Part shown: in pieces, positions 55,053 to 64,000 of the stretch
Layout: the number at the start of each line of letters is the position of its first letter
How positions within the stretch are numbered: the stretch's first letter is position 1
Assembly (NCBI GenBank): GCA_038061795.1
Contig: JBBTYL010000003.1
Span: 128,041-192,040, forward strand
DNA length: 64,000 bases
Direction of reading: 5' to 3'
Source of the DNA: Patescibacteria group bacterium
GTDB lineage: Bacteria; Patescibacteriota; Minisyncoccia; Phycocordibacterales; PALSA-1337
Notes under the pieces: generated by a model
What the model was told of the DNA's origin: nothing
Database searches by the model: none
What the model saw: the letters and a program-made list of their open reading frames with translations, nothing else
Made by a program: the position numbers and the translations under genes

Positions 55053-56012
55053 ATGAGCAATACAGTAAAAAATCTTGAGGTAATCGATATCGTCCTCAGC
55101 ATCTACAACCAGGAGAAGATCATCGCTCGCGTCCTATCGGGAATTTTCGATAACACGACGACGCCTTTCAACCTTATCCTCATCTTCGATGGATGCACAG
55201 ATGCCAGCATGCAGATTGCTCTTGATCATGTAAAAAAAGAAAATCCTCCGCTCATGAAAGAGTTTATTACAACGACTGCGACGAATGTCTACGAGACAAA
55301 AGCAAATAATATCGGCTTCAAGCTCGGAAAAGAAAAATATCTGCTTACCATTCAAGACGATATCGTTATCTGCGAAAAAGGATGGGAGCGCCGACTGACT
55401 TTCCCTATCCGTGCATTCAATGACGTCTTCGCAGTCAGCGCACGCGCAGCACTCAATCCGTATTTCAATGATGACAGCTCTTATCCCCTTTATCGAGACA
55501 AAGCAGGGCGGGAATTCTTCACGCTTAAGCGCAATCAATTCAAGATCCGTTCTGTCATAAATCGCGGTCCGATTGCGTTCGATGCTGACGTGCTCCGCAA
55601 GCTGAACTTTCTTGATGAGGCCTTCGCTCCTGCTCAGCTTGATGAAGCTGATCTTGTTCTACGTGCACGCGAACAGCTTGGGCTAAAAAGCGGTGTCTTC
55701 TCCGTTTATTACCGATCAGATGCAGCTTGGGGAAAGACTCGAAGCGCTGACTCATCCATGAATACGGGCAAAACCCTTGCAAAGAACGGCGAACTTCTCA
55801 AATCACGCCATTTCATGCAAGCAAAAGCATTTTCAGAAACGCGCACTGTACCAGCGGATTCGATCGATTATATTGAAACAGATTCCCTGCCGGCACGAAT
55901 CAAAAACTTTGCATTCGATTTCAAGCAGAGCTTATTGCTTTATATGACTCGAAAATATAATTCTATCCGCCACTCCGTCGCAACAAAAATAAAAAAACTC
56001 CTTAGACTCTAG
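55053..56012 (+). CDS. family 2 glycosyltransferase
   Basis: GT-A pattern DIVLSIYNQEKII, IFDGCTD and IQDDIV. The start is taken at MSNTVKN (55053). Confidence 0.78.
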   Translation: MSNTVKNLEVIDIVLSIYNQEKIIARVLSGIFDNTTTPFNLILIFDGCTDASMQIALDHVKKENPPLMKEFITTTATNVYETKANNIGFKLGKEKYLLTIQDDIVICEKGWERRLTFPIRAFNDVFAVSARAALNPYFNDDSSYPLYRDKAGREFFTLKRNQFKIRSVINRGPIAFDADVLRKLNFLDEAFAPAQLDEADLVLRAREQLGLKSGVFSVYYRSDAAWGKTRSADSSMNTGKTLAKNGELLKSRHFMQAKAFSETRTVPADSIDYIETDSLPARIKNFAFDFKQSLLLYMTRKYNSIRHSVATKIKKLLRL

Positions 56013-56841
56013 GTTTAGCAATAAACGTATCTTCCATCTCCAAAATCGCCGCAAGAGATTCCTGTTTTATCTTGCTTCCCTTCAGTGTAAACAATTCATA
56101 GCCGTTCTGAATGAACCAGGCAAGAATGTCATCATGGGTGTATGAGTAGGCTTTAAGATTACGCGGCTCGATTTCGAGAAAAATGACCGGCTTATATTTC
56201 AAAATGGTCTCCCTACCTCCTTTCAAAACAAGAAGTTCAGCACCTTCAGTATCTATTTTAATGACATCAATCTGATTGATTTTCTCTCGTGCCGCCCATT
56301 CATCAAGCGTAATGATCTGCACGCGAACGGATTTGCCTCCATCTGCCCTTCCGGTATCCATGAGTCCGTCAGTGCCGGCATGCTTCGGATCATGTATAAA
56401 GAATTCTGTTTCTCCTGCCTTGTCGCCAAGCGCTTCAGGAAAAATTTCCAAATCATTCACAGCATTTTTTTCAACTGAAAGATTGAGAAGCTCACGCTGC
56501 ATCATTCCGGGTTCAAATGCAAAGATTTGAACATCAGAGACTTTTGATTTTGTGGCAAAGCTTATCAATCCGATATTCGCTCCGACATCAAGAAAAACCG
56601 GATTTTCCTTCTTCTGAAGCTCGGCGACAATTCCATCACAAAGTTCCATCTCGAAAACAGGCTCGCGTTTCAGACGACGAACAATCGCATTTCCTTTATT
56701 ATAATAAAGGCTGATGCCAGAATATTTTCTAGAACGGACCGCTGGACCAAGATTTGCAATAAAATCAGCTACTGAAAAATAAGCAGTTCTGGCAAACTCC
56801 CAAGCAGATTTCGGAATATGTTTTTTTAGGAATTCTTTCAT
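56002..56841 (-). CDS. FkbM-family methyltransferase
   Basis: FLDVGANIGLISF, FAFEPG and IDVIKIDTEGAELLVLKG. Confidence 0.85.
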   Translation of the reverse strand: MKEFLKKHIPKSAWEFARTAYFSVADFIANLGPAVRSRKYSGISLYYNKGNAIVRRLKREPVFEMELCDGIVAELQKKENPVFLDVGANIGLISFATKSKVSDVQIFAFEPGMMQRELLNLSVEKNAVNDLEIFPEALGDKAGETEFFIHDPKHAGTDGLMDTGRADGGKSVRVQIITLDEWAAREKINQIDVIKIDTEGAELLVLKGGRETILKYKPVIFLEIEPRNLKAYSYTHDDILAWFIQNGYELFTLKGSKIKQESLAAILEMEDTFIAKPRV

Positions 56842-57890
56842 AGGATTTTGATCAGAGGATTAACGATTTCTTTCGGCGTGAAGTGCTCCAAATAAGTCTT
56901 CAGATTGTTTTCTGCGAGCGACTTCTGTAATTCGGACGAATTTTTCAACTTCAGGATCTTTTCTGCCAAATCCCTTGCATCAGCCTTGTTTGTCAGCAAG
57001 CAATTTTCTCCGTCTCGAGCGATTTCCGAAACGCTCACAGTTCTAGAAGTAATATAAGGAAGCTTCAATACCATCGCTTCAAAGGCTTTGTGTGGAATCG
57101 TCCGCTCCACACGCTCATTATCGGAAAACTGTCCAAGGCTCGCATGACATTGTAGCATCAATCGGTTCAATTCATCTGTGGCGACATGCTTGCTAATAAA
57201 AGTTATATTCGAGAATGAATTATTCTTGAGAATTTCATCAAATTCCCTTTTTGCAGGACCCCAGCCATAGCCAACAACGAGAAAATCGACACTGTCTCTT
57301 TCAAGAATCTTCGCTGCTTCAAGCACATACTTCAATCCAGCTTCTTGTGTAATTCTCCCCCTGAAAAGCACAGTGAATTTCTCATTCTTCTGGACAGATT
57401 GATCAAAATGGAATTTCGCCTCGTCGACGCCGGTGTATGTCACGACGGCTTTTTCCCTTGCGACGCCAAGCTTCTGCACGAAATACTCCTTCTGCGCTTC
57501 CGTCTCGACAAGAATATAGTCAGCGCTTCGCGTTGCGAGCCAATCAACCAGCTTCACGTACGGGATGCGAAAAGGATTTCCTCGATACGCATCTCGGGAA
57601 ATTATCTGAGACTCATAAAATGAGCAGAGGGCGTCAAAAATAATAGGTTTGTTCCAAGCGAATAACCGAGCAAATGGCGTAACTATATATCCAGGGTATC
57701 CGACGATAATCACGTCGTATTCACCTTTAAGAGCGCGAGTCTTTTTAAACAACTTGAAGAACTTAAGCGGACCGCGGCTCTTATCAATGCAATAAATCAC
57801 CTCAAAGCCATGAAGCTTCAAACCATCTGCATAGACCTTATTCCTGGAAAAATCATGATCAAAAATGCCGAAGTAAAGTATTTTTTTCAT
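56838..57890 (-). CDS. family 1/4 (GT-B) glycosyltransferase
   Basis: The start at MKKILYFGIF (57890) abuts the upstream stop. The C-terminal half has a GT1 pattern (FTVLFRGRITQEAGL...PHKAFEAMVLKLPYITS). Confidence 0.75.
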   Translation of the reverse strand: MKKILYFGIFDHDFSRNKVYADGLKLHGFEVIYCIDKSRGPLKFFKLFKKTRALKGEYDVIIVGYPGYIVTPFARLFAWNKPIIFDALCSFYESQIISRDAYRGNPFRIPYVKLVDWLATRSADYILVETEAQKEYFVQKLGVAREKAVVTYTGVDEAKFHFDQSVQKNEKFTVLFRGRITQEAGLKYVLEAAKILERDSVDFLVVGYGWGPAKREFDEILKNNSFSNITFISKHVATDELNRLMLQCHASLGQFSDNERVERTIPHKAFEAMVLKLPYITSRTVSVSEIARDGENCLLTNKADARDLAEKILKLKNSSELQKSLAENNLKTYLEHFTPKEIVNPLIKIL

Positions 57891-57891
57891 A

Positions 57892-58494
57892 TCATTTCTT
57901 AGCTGTGGCAAAATATCCCAACGGATAATTCTTTTTCGAGAATTTTGCTTTAATGATTGCATCCAGCCCTTTTGCAGCAAACGCAAAGGGAAAACGGATG
58001 ATATCGAAATAAAGTGCATTATAAATAATTTGGTATGCCGCCGTGAACGGGCCGGCTCCTACTGCAACAACGTTGACATCCCTGAATCCCGCTTCGGAAA
58101 GGATTTTCTCCAGCGTATCGCCAGAGTATCTCCAATAATCATGTGGGCATGGATGAATCTGTATCATGAATGGCACAGCAATGACAATGCTGCCTCCCTG
58201 TCTCAATATCCTGAAGCTTTCCGACAGAAAATTCCGATAATCATAGACATGTTCCATGACATTAATCGCAAGAGTGGCATCGTATGAATTTGCAGAAAGT
58301 AGAAAAGATTTTTCCAAATCAACCTTATGGTCATATCCGTATCCTTCATCAATATTTGCCACCTCGATTAAAAAATCGCCTTTGAGAATCTCATGATAGC
58401 CGGATTTCCGTGATCCGCCCAGGTCAATGATCTTGCCCGAAAGGTTCAGTGAGCTTAATTCCTTATACAGTTTTTTTCTCCAAGGCGTCGGCAT
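57892..58494 (-). CDS. class I SAM-dependent methyltransferase
   Basis: Motif I IIDLGGS, with Methyltransf_11-like YDATLAINVMEHV...LRQGGSIVIAVP. Confidence 0.78.
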   Translation of the reverse strand: MPTPWRKKLYKELSSLNLSGKIIDLGGSRKSGYHEILKGDFLIEVANIDEGYGYDHKVDLEKSFLLSANSYDATLAINVMEHVYDYRNFLSESFRILRQGGSIVIAVPFMIQIHPCPHDYWRYSGDTLEKILSEAGFRDVNVVAVGAGPFTAAYQIIYNALYFDIIRFPFAFAAKGLDAIIKAKFSKKNYPLGYFATAKK

Positions 58495-58496
58495 TG

Positions 58497-60122
58497 TTAT
58501 TTAATAAAATAATAGGAATCTCCAAGCTGATTCTTGAGCAAGAGGTTAAGCGCATTCAGGTCAAAATAATCAGGCTCAGACCTCTGATGCCAGTCGAATT
58601 CATAATAATAGATGATGTGATCATATTCGTCTATCAGGTCCTTCGTCAGGATAAAATAGTCAGGAATGGAATAGCGGATCGAAAGTGGAATCGAGTCTTT
58701 CGGCAAATCGGTCTCCTGAATAGCCTTATAGAGATTAAGACTACTCTTGTTCGTCATATCAGTATATGCCTTATATGCCTCCTTAGTGTGAGCGGCGCCG
58801 AGGAGATAATGCTTCACTACCAGCGTTTTCGCATCAGATTCCTCAATCTGCAATTTCTGCAGATCTCGAATCAATTCAGTCTCTTTTGGCGATTGCATCC
58901 AGGTCTTGATCAGCAAACCATCAATGAAAATATTGAAAACAAACACGGATGAAATTAGTGTGATGAAAATGATAGAAACATGCTTGTTCAAATGAAATTC
59001 CTTGCTATATGAATGTGATGCAAGTATTCCAGCATACAGGACAAGCAATACCATAATCGGAAGTATATATCTACTTTCATGATGTCCCATCAGCCCGAAA
59101 AGCAGGAAAAAAAGCGATCCTGGCAGGATGAGCGTCCAGAACCAAAAGCGTCTGTATATTTTCTGCTTAATGCAGAGGTAAATCGTCATCAAGGCAATAG
59201 CAATGAGAAGAGGTAGCTGATTATTCAAAAGTATGCGCGAATAATATGAAAACGACAATCCTATTGGCGACTTTTCAAGGGAATGTTGCGTCGTATCCGT
59301 GTCAACGATATCGCCCCCAGTCAGTCCGACAATCCTGAAGAAAGGATGTGGATTCCATACAACGACGAGCGATGCAAAAGCGATGAGGGAAATAAGAAAA
59401 ACAGCGAACCTTTTGAGCTGAAAATAGTTCCTACCCTTGATCCAGACAAAAAGCAATGGAAGCCACAGAGTCATAAAAATAATGCTCAAATAACTGATAC
59501 CGAAACCGAAAATCGTAAAAAAAAGCGAATGATAGAAATATTTCCTTTCGCCAGATTCATGAAGCCTGACGATTGAATACAGCATGCCGACAATTGAAAA
59601 AAGGATGAATATCCAATGCCTGAAAAAATGCCCGTATTCGAAAAAAAGAAAATTTGTAGAAAGAAGAACCGTAACAGCTAACGGCAGATATTTGTTGCTG
59701 CTCGGATTGAACGTTTCGGTGCAAAATAGCTTAAAAACAATTAGAAGCGACAAGAAGCTGAACAAAACTGAGATCAGTCTCGCCTTCCAAACGATACCTC
59801 CCCAATTCCACAATATATGATCGCGATAGTCCGAGGCAGAACGAACGCCAGAAAAAAGAAACTTTTCAGAGAAGTCGGCAATTACAGCTGGCAAAGCAAT
59901 GATCGAGAAAATCGGACCATAATAAACAGTCTGCGCATTCCTCATTCCCAAAAGACTCCTTTCTTGGAGTATCTTCAGTGCGCCATTTATAGGTGCCTGT
60001 TCATCGCCGATATATGACATATGCAACGCGAGCTTCTGGGTGCCGTAAAAGACCGCAGGAAGCTGGGTGATGAGCCATACGAGGGAAAGGATTACGAGGG
60101 ATATTTTGAGACCTTTTGACAT
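58497..60122 (-). CDS. GT-C-fold-like polytopic membrane glycosyltransferase (ArnT/PMT_2-like)
   Basis: 541 aa with about 11 TM helices. The first extracytoplasmic loop carries GDEQAP (a DE motif as in GT-C enzymes), and there is a soluble C-terminal domain. Confidence 0.55.
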   Translation of the reverse strand: MSKGLKISLVILSLVWLITQLPAVFYGTQKLALHMSYIGDEQAPINGALKILQERSLLGMRNAQTVYYGPIFSIIALPAVIADFSEKFLFSGVRSASDYRDHILWNWGGIVWKARLISVLFSFLSLLIVFKLFCTETFNPSSNKYLPLAVTVLLSTNFLFFEYGHFFRHWIFILFSIVGMLYSIVRLHESGERKYFYHSLFFTIFGFGISYLSIIFMTLWLPLLFVWIKGRNYFQLKRFAVFLISLIAFASLVVVWNPHPFFRIVGLTGGDIVDTDTTQHSLEKSPIGLSFSYYSRILLNNQLPLLIAIALMTIYLCIKQKIYRRFWFWTLILPGSLFFLLFGLMGHHESRYILPIMVLLVLYAGILASHSYSKEFHLNKHVSIIFITLISSVFVFNIFIDGLLIKTWMQSPKETELIRDLQKLQIEESDAKTLVVKHYLLGAAHTKEAYKAYTDMTNKSSLNLYKAIQETDLPKDSIPLSIRYSIPDYFILTKDLIDEYDHIIYYYEFDWHQRSEPDYFDLNALNLLLKNQLGDSYYFIK

Positions 60123-60142
60123 GCGTTCAGTCTATCAATATA

Positions 60143-61051
60143 TCAGTTATGAGACAAATTATAATGGGATTCGACGAGAAAACCGACAAAAGCAAAGAGG
60201 AGCTGTACAGCGAAGATAGAAAGCGAAAGAGAAAGCGCCACGGCAGACGATACAGAGAAAAGAGCAAGAATTCCTACAAACGAGACTTCCCTGACTCCGA
60301 TCCCAGCAATACTTATCGGCAGGAATTGCAGCACAGACACAAAACCAAAAATCCAAAACCAATCAATGATCGAAATATGAATCCCCAAAGTTCTCGCAAG
60401 TACCATTGTTATGAGGACTGAAAGAATCTGGTAGAGTGCACCAAGAAAAATATTGAGCAAGACGATTGTGTGGCTCTTTTTAAATTCTTCGAGGCTTGAA
60501 AGAACGTTCTTGGGCGGGGTCCATGTTATGCGACGACTTAGAAAACCGGACACAGCTGGAAAATCAAAAATATAAATGCTTGCAATACCAGCGGCAAGAA
60601 GCAGCGTAATGATTATATAGAGAAAAAGTGGAAATGAATGCTCAGAAAAAGAAATGCCTATCAAAGCAACAAAAACAAGTCCGATCAATCCTGTTATCTT
60701 GTCCATCCATATCGAAACTGCAACTTTCTTCATATCACCTGTCCTTTTGCCAAGTCTGAATGCTTTTGCAACCTCTCCTGAAATCTGTCCTGGCAAGACC
60801 ATGCCATAAAAAATATCGATAAATGTAAATTGGAAAAGTCTACTAAATCCTTGCTCTGGCAGAAAAAGCTTCCATTTAAAGCAATTCACGAGTATCGCAC
60901 AAAAATAGAGTGCGATTACTGCAGCGATCGTTAAAGGCATAATATTTTTCCACGATAAAATAACCTCTGCCAAATCTATTCTTCTGAAAAGAAAATAGAT
61001 AAGCAGAACTGAGATCGATACTTTTAGAAGTATTAAGAGCCGCTTATTCAT
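60143..61051 (-). CDS. UPF0104 / LPG-synthase-TM 'flippase-like' membrane protein
   Basis: 302 aa with 8 TM helices and a family-typical N-terminus LLKVSISVLLIYFLFRRIDL. Confidence 0.65.
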   Translation of the reverse strand: MNKRLLILLKVSISVLLIYFLFRRIDLAEVILSWKNIMPLTIAAVIALYFCAILVNCFKWKLFLPEQGFSRLFQFTFIDIFYGMVLPGQISGEVAKAFRLGKRTGDMKKVAVSIWMDKITGLIGLVFVALIGISFSEHSFPLFLYIIITLLLAAGIASIYIFDFPAVSGFLSRRITWTPPKNVLSSLEEFKKSHTIVLLNIFLGALYQILSVLITMVLARTLGIHISIIDWFWIFGFVSVLQFLPISIAGIGVREVSFVGILALFSVSSAVALSLSLSIFAVQLLFAFVGFLVESHYNLSHN

Positions 61052-61919
61052 TTTTTCTTAAAGTTATGATGAGTGGTGAGTATGACTTCGTAGCCACAAG
61101 CGTCCAAATCGCCAGTTTCAAAAGTCCAGTCTTTTTCACAAGTTCAAGCCATCTCTTGACCTTTTCAAGACCTGCCCATGTCGAAAAATTGATACCCTGC
61201 ATCCTCTCCTTAAAAATCTCCTCACCGAACGTAATCTCAGTCACCGCCCCGCGCTTCAGATATGGCTTCAAGATTTTGCGTACGCTAAAATAATTCATCT
61301 CCGTTCTCAAAGTATCGACATACGAAACGTCTTTTTTATGAAAAACCCTAATAAACAATTTCCAAAGCCACTTCGGTTGATATGGAATATAGAAGCTTGA
61401 ATAGTGTCCATCATAAAATGATCCATAGTTCGGAAACACAATCTGAACATATCCCCCTGGCTTACAAACCCTGATCGCCTCAGAAATAAAATCTTTCGGA
61501 CTTTGCACGTGCTCGAGTACATTTGTAGAATACACAATATCAAAACTATCCTTTTCAAATGGCAGCGCCTCCCCCATTCCAGTCTTTATTATCCCTTTTT
61601 CGATTCCATTTTCTTCAAGAATTTTTTGTGAGATAACAAAAGAATCCCCAAACCCTTCGCCATCAGGCTCGACTCCGTATGACTCAATATTTTTTTGTCG
61701 AGAAGCTGTGATAAAAATTCCAAAACCCGATCCAACTTCCAAAAGTTTTCTACCTCCGAGGCTTCCACAATATCTCTCAATGATAGCCAACTGCTCTTCA
61801 GGCTTTTTTTCTGAAAGCACATCTTGAGTTATCTTATGCGCAGACACGCCTGTAAGCGGCTCGTAGTAACGGCCGTATGAGTTTTCGACTTTAGTATAAA
61901 TCTCCTGAGTTATCTTCAT
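61044..61919 (-). CDS. class I SAM-dependent methyltransferase
   Basis: Motif I LLEVGSGFG, plus FDIVYSTNVLEHV and CKPGGYVQIVFP. Confidence 0.8.
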   Translation of the reverse strand: MKITQEIYTKVENSYGRYYEPLTGVSAHKITQDVLSEKKPEEQLAIIERYCGSLGGRKLLEVGSGFGIFITASRQKNIESYGVEPDGEGFGDSFVISQKILEENGIEKGIIKTGMGEALPFEKDSFDIVYSTNVLEHVQSPKDFISEAIRVCKPGGYVQIVFPNYGSFYDGHYSSFYIPYQPKWLWKLFIRVFHKKDVSYVDTLRTEMNYFSVRKILKPYLKRGAVTEITFGEEIFKERMQGINFSTWAGLEKVKRWLELVKKTGLLKLAIWTLVATKSYSPLIITLRKNE

Positions 61920-62662
61920 ATTTTTTCAAAAAGTCCACAGAATTGATCCCCGAGCTTACGCTTAGTCGAGCAATATTTGAAAAAGAAAAATATAACAGCT
62001 GAAAGTGATTTCTGCTTCCATCCATATTTTCCAGTCGTAAATGAATTGCCGGCTGAATTAGTAAGATTGCAGACTTCGCGGTATATCGGATTATAAAAAG
62101 GAAATCCTGCATAAAAAATACTCTCGGCTTTGAATCCTTTTTGTTTCATAAATTCTTCAACTTCGCCTTTCTTGAAATTTCTGAAGTGGCCGACAATGAC
62201 CTCGAATGCGCGCATCCTTCCCGTTGGAAAAGAAACAAGCACGTATTTATTCGACGCATCAGCCATTCTACCGAGAAGATTCTTCCAATCCTCGATATGC
62301 TCAAGTACTTCGAAAGCAGTAACAAGATCATATTTATTTTTTAAATTGACCGACCCTTCATCGTGAATGAATTTAAGATTAGGGGAAGAGTAAGCCTTTT
62401 TCGCGCATAAAATGCCAGTCAATGAAAAATCTATTCCAGTAACCTGCGCTTCAGGAATATCTTTCGCAAGATGATACGTTATCGTACCTTCACCTGAGCC
62501 GACATCGAGAACCGACTTGATCTTATTCGGACCGATAAAAGCAAGTTGATCTTTTATCAAAGACCTAAGCCATCTGCTCGCTGGACCGTAAATCTTCATA
62601 TCGACCCAATCTACCCAAGTCGAATCGTAAATTTTTTTATTGTTTACTTTATTTTCTGACAT
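61916..62662 (-). CDS. class I SAM-dependent methyltransferase
   Basis: Motif I VLDVGSGEGT, plus YDLVTAFEVLEHI. There is an ATGA start/stop overlap with the downstream gene. Confidence 0.8.
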   Translation of the reverse strand: MSENKVNNKKIYDSTWVDWVDMKIYGPASRWLRSLIKDQLAFIGPNKIKSVLDVGSGEGTITYHLAKDIPEAQVTGIDFSLTGILCAKKAYSSPNLKFIHDEGSVNLKNKYDLVTAFEVLEHIEDWKNLLGRMADASNKYVLVSFPTGRMRAFEVIVGHFRNFKKGEVEEFMKQKGFKAESIFYAGFPFYNPIYREVCNLTNSAGNSFTTGKYGWKQKSLSAVIFFFFKYCSTKRKLGDQFCGLFEKI

Positions 62663-63792
62663 ATGTTTATATATTTCTCAGCAACCATTTTCCAAGAGAA
62701 TGTCTGCGACTTTAATTCTGACGCCTTGCCGAAACTTGTCCTCAAATCAGGATCCTTAATAAATTTCTCTATAATCTCAGAAAGATCTTTGTGGTCTTTA
62801 TAAAGGAACCCATTTGATCCTGATTCGACAAGCTCGTCGTTTCCAGCGATGTCAGTCGCGATGATTGCCATGCCAGAGGCGATAGCTTCAAGCACGACAT
62901 TCGGCATTCCTTCATCAAACGAAGGCAAAACAAAGACATCAGCTTTTTGATAATATGCAGGCAGATCAGCCCTCGAAGCCCAACCAAGAAAAGAAAAGGC
63001 ATGCTCAAGATTTTTTGACTTAGCCTCAGCTTCCAAACTTTCGCGTAGCGAGCCATCACCGATGACGTCACATGAGATTGCGTCCTTAAGCGAAGGATTT
63101 TTCAAAATAATCTGCTCTACCGCCTTTATCAAATACGTAACGCCTTTCTGCTCGACAAGGCGTCCAACAAAAAGCAATTTAAGCTTTGATGTATCCTTTA
63201 CAACCTGTGCTGGAAAAAATTCTTTCGTATTTACTCCATTTGGAATATACTCAACAGTCTTACTGAATTTTAGTGCAGTCTTTTCAGCAAGTGTCGTCAA
63301 ACCCTTGCTATTAGCGATTATGTCGGCAGATCCTTTCCAAACAAGGTTAGTAACCGAAGCTGAAATAATGTGATGATATTTTAGACTTATCGGCAAAAAG
63401 CCCGGTACATCTCCTCCTCTTAGTGAAATGATATACGGCAATTTATACTTTTTCTTGAGGTACAGTCCGATAATGCCGGTTGGCACCGCAAAGAAGCAGA
63501 CTACTTTTTCTGGCTTGAACTCGCTCACAATACTCTTGCTTCCTCGAATGGCACACCATACGAAATGAAGCATCTCAACAAGATTCGAGCTCTCTTTTTT
63601 CTTGCGTAGAGAATGCAGACGAATTACCCGATATCTATCGACAACCTCATCGTCTGATTGTCCCTCAAACCACGCAGTAACAACACAAACGGAATGTCCG
63701 AGCGCTGTCATTTCGCGCGCAATGTTCTTTGTTGCATTTCCTGCACCTCCGCCAAGTGGTGGAAATTCATAATTTAAAAGTAGGATTCTCAT
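62644..63792 (-). CDS. family 4 (GT-B) glycosyltransferase
   Basis: The start is at MRILLLNYEFPPLGGGAGNA (63792). EX7E region PSFDEGMPNVVLEAIASGMAIIATDIAGNDELV. Confidence 0.85.
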   Translation of the reverse strand: MRILLLNYEFPPLGGGAGNATKNIAREMTALGHSVCVVTAWFEGQSDDEVVDRYRVIRLHSLRKKKESSNLVEMLHFVWCAIRGSKSIVSEFKPEKVVCFFAVPTGIIGLYLKKKYKLPYIISLRGGDVPGFLPISLKYHHIISASVTNLVWKGSADIIANSKGLTTLAEKTALKFSKTVEYIPNGVNTKEFFPAQVVKDTSKLKLLFVGRLVEQKGVTYLIKAVEQIILKNPSLKDAISCDVIGDGSLRESLEAEAKSKNLEHAFSFLGWASRADLPAYYQKADVFVLPSFDEGMPNVVLEAIASGMAIIATDIAGNDELVESGSNGFLYKDHKDLSEIIEKFIKDPDLRTSFGKASELKSQTFSWKMVAEKYINICQKIK

Positions 63793-64000
63793 TGTTTTAA
63801 CATTCCTCCAAATTTCCAAGAATTGCCGTTTCTCATGAGAATGTATTTTGAATTCTGGTCTATTTCGGGATACGCTGCAAGCCATTTCTCAAGAGTCTCC
63901 TTTTTGAGGTACGTTGTCTGTGGAGTCACAAGCTGATCAAACGCAACATGTCTGAAGAAAGCGAATTCCCTTTTTGAAATCCAAACGCTGTAATCATAAA
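63789..64000 (-). CDS. C-terminal fragment of an upstream cluster gene (function unknown; continues right of the window)
   Basis: The open frame on the minus strand ends ...EKWLAAYPEIDQNSKYILMRNGNSWKFGGMLKQ*. Its TGA overlaps the ATG of the next gene (ATGA), as at other junctions in this operon. Confidence 0.45.
   Translation of the reverse strand, partial: YDYSVWISKREFAFFRHVAFDQLVTPQTTYLKKETLEKWLAAYPEIDQNSKYILMRNGNSWKFGGMLKQ

Overview
This 64-kb window reads as a gene-dense, streamlined bacterial chromosome segment. It most resembles a Patescibacteria/CPR (Parcubacteria-like) genome, but that placement is inference from gene content only. Supporting features are a reduced RNase P RNA, giant secreted surface proteins, O-antigen-ligase/TPR fusions, little sign of Shine-Dalgarno sequences, and standard code 11 with TGA used as a stop. 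Housekeeping genes I recognise are lepA, murJ, nrdA/nrdB, groES/groEL, secG, RNase J, eno, gpmI, secA, murB and hsp20. There are four tRNAs (Phe-GAA, Arg-CCT, Ser-CGA, Ser-GGA) and rnpB. I saw no rRNA, CRISPR array, transposase, integrase or reverse transcriptase. The points most worth a second look follow. (1) At the tRNA-Ser locus, four direct copies of the tRNA-Ser(CGA) 3' end, including a perfect 41-bp pair, bracket about 1-kb accessory cassettes, next to a tRNA-derived structured element. (2) Two giant surface proteins: a 1299-aa SGNH, YadA-like-repeat and S74-chaperone protein, and a 1595-aa LamG/Fn3/B-repeat/beta-helix protein. (3) A DedA-PAP2 fusion lies divergent from a two-component system. 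(4) -10 boxes sit 6-11 nt from start codons at many genes, implying largely leaderless mRNAs. (5) Two orphan promoter-plus-terminator units may be small RNAs. (6) A surface-glycan cluster of more than 14 kb is rich in methyltransferases. All functional calls come from motif recognition by eye. No database search was run.
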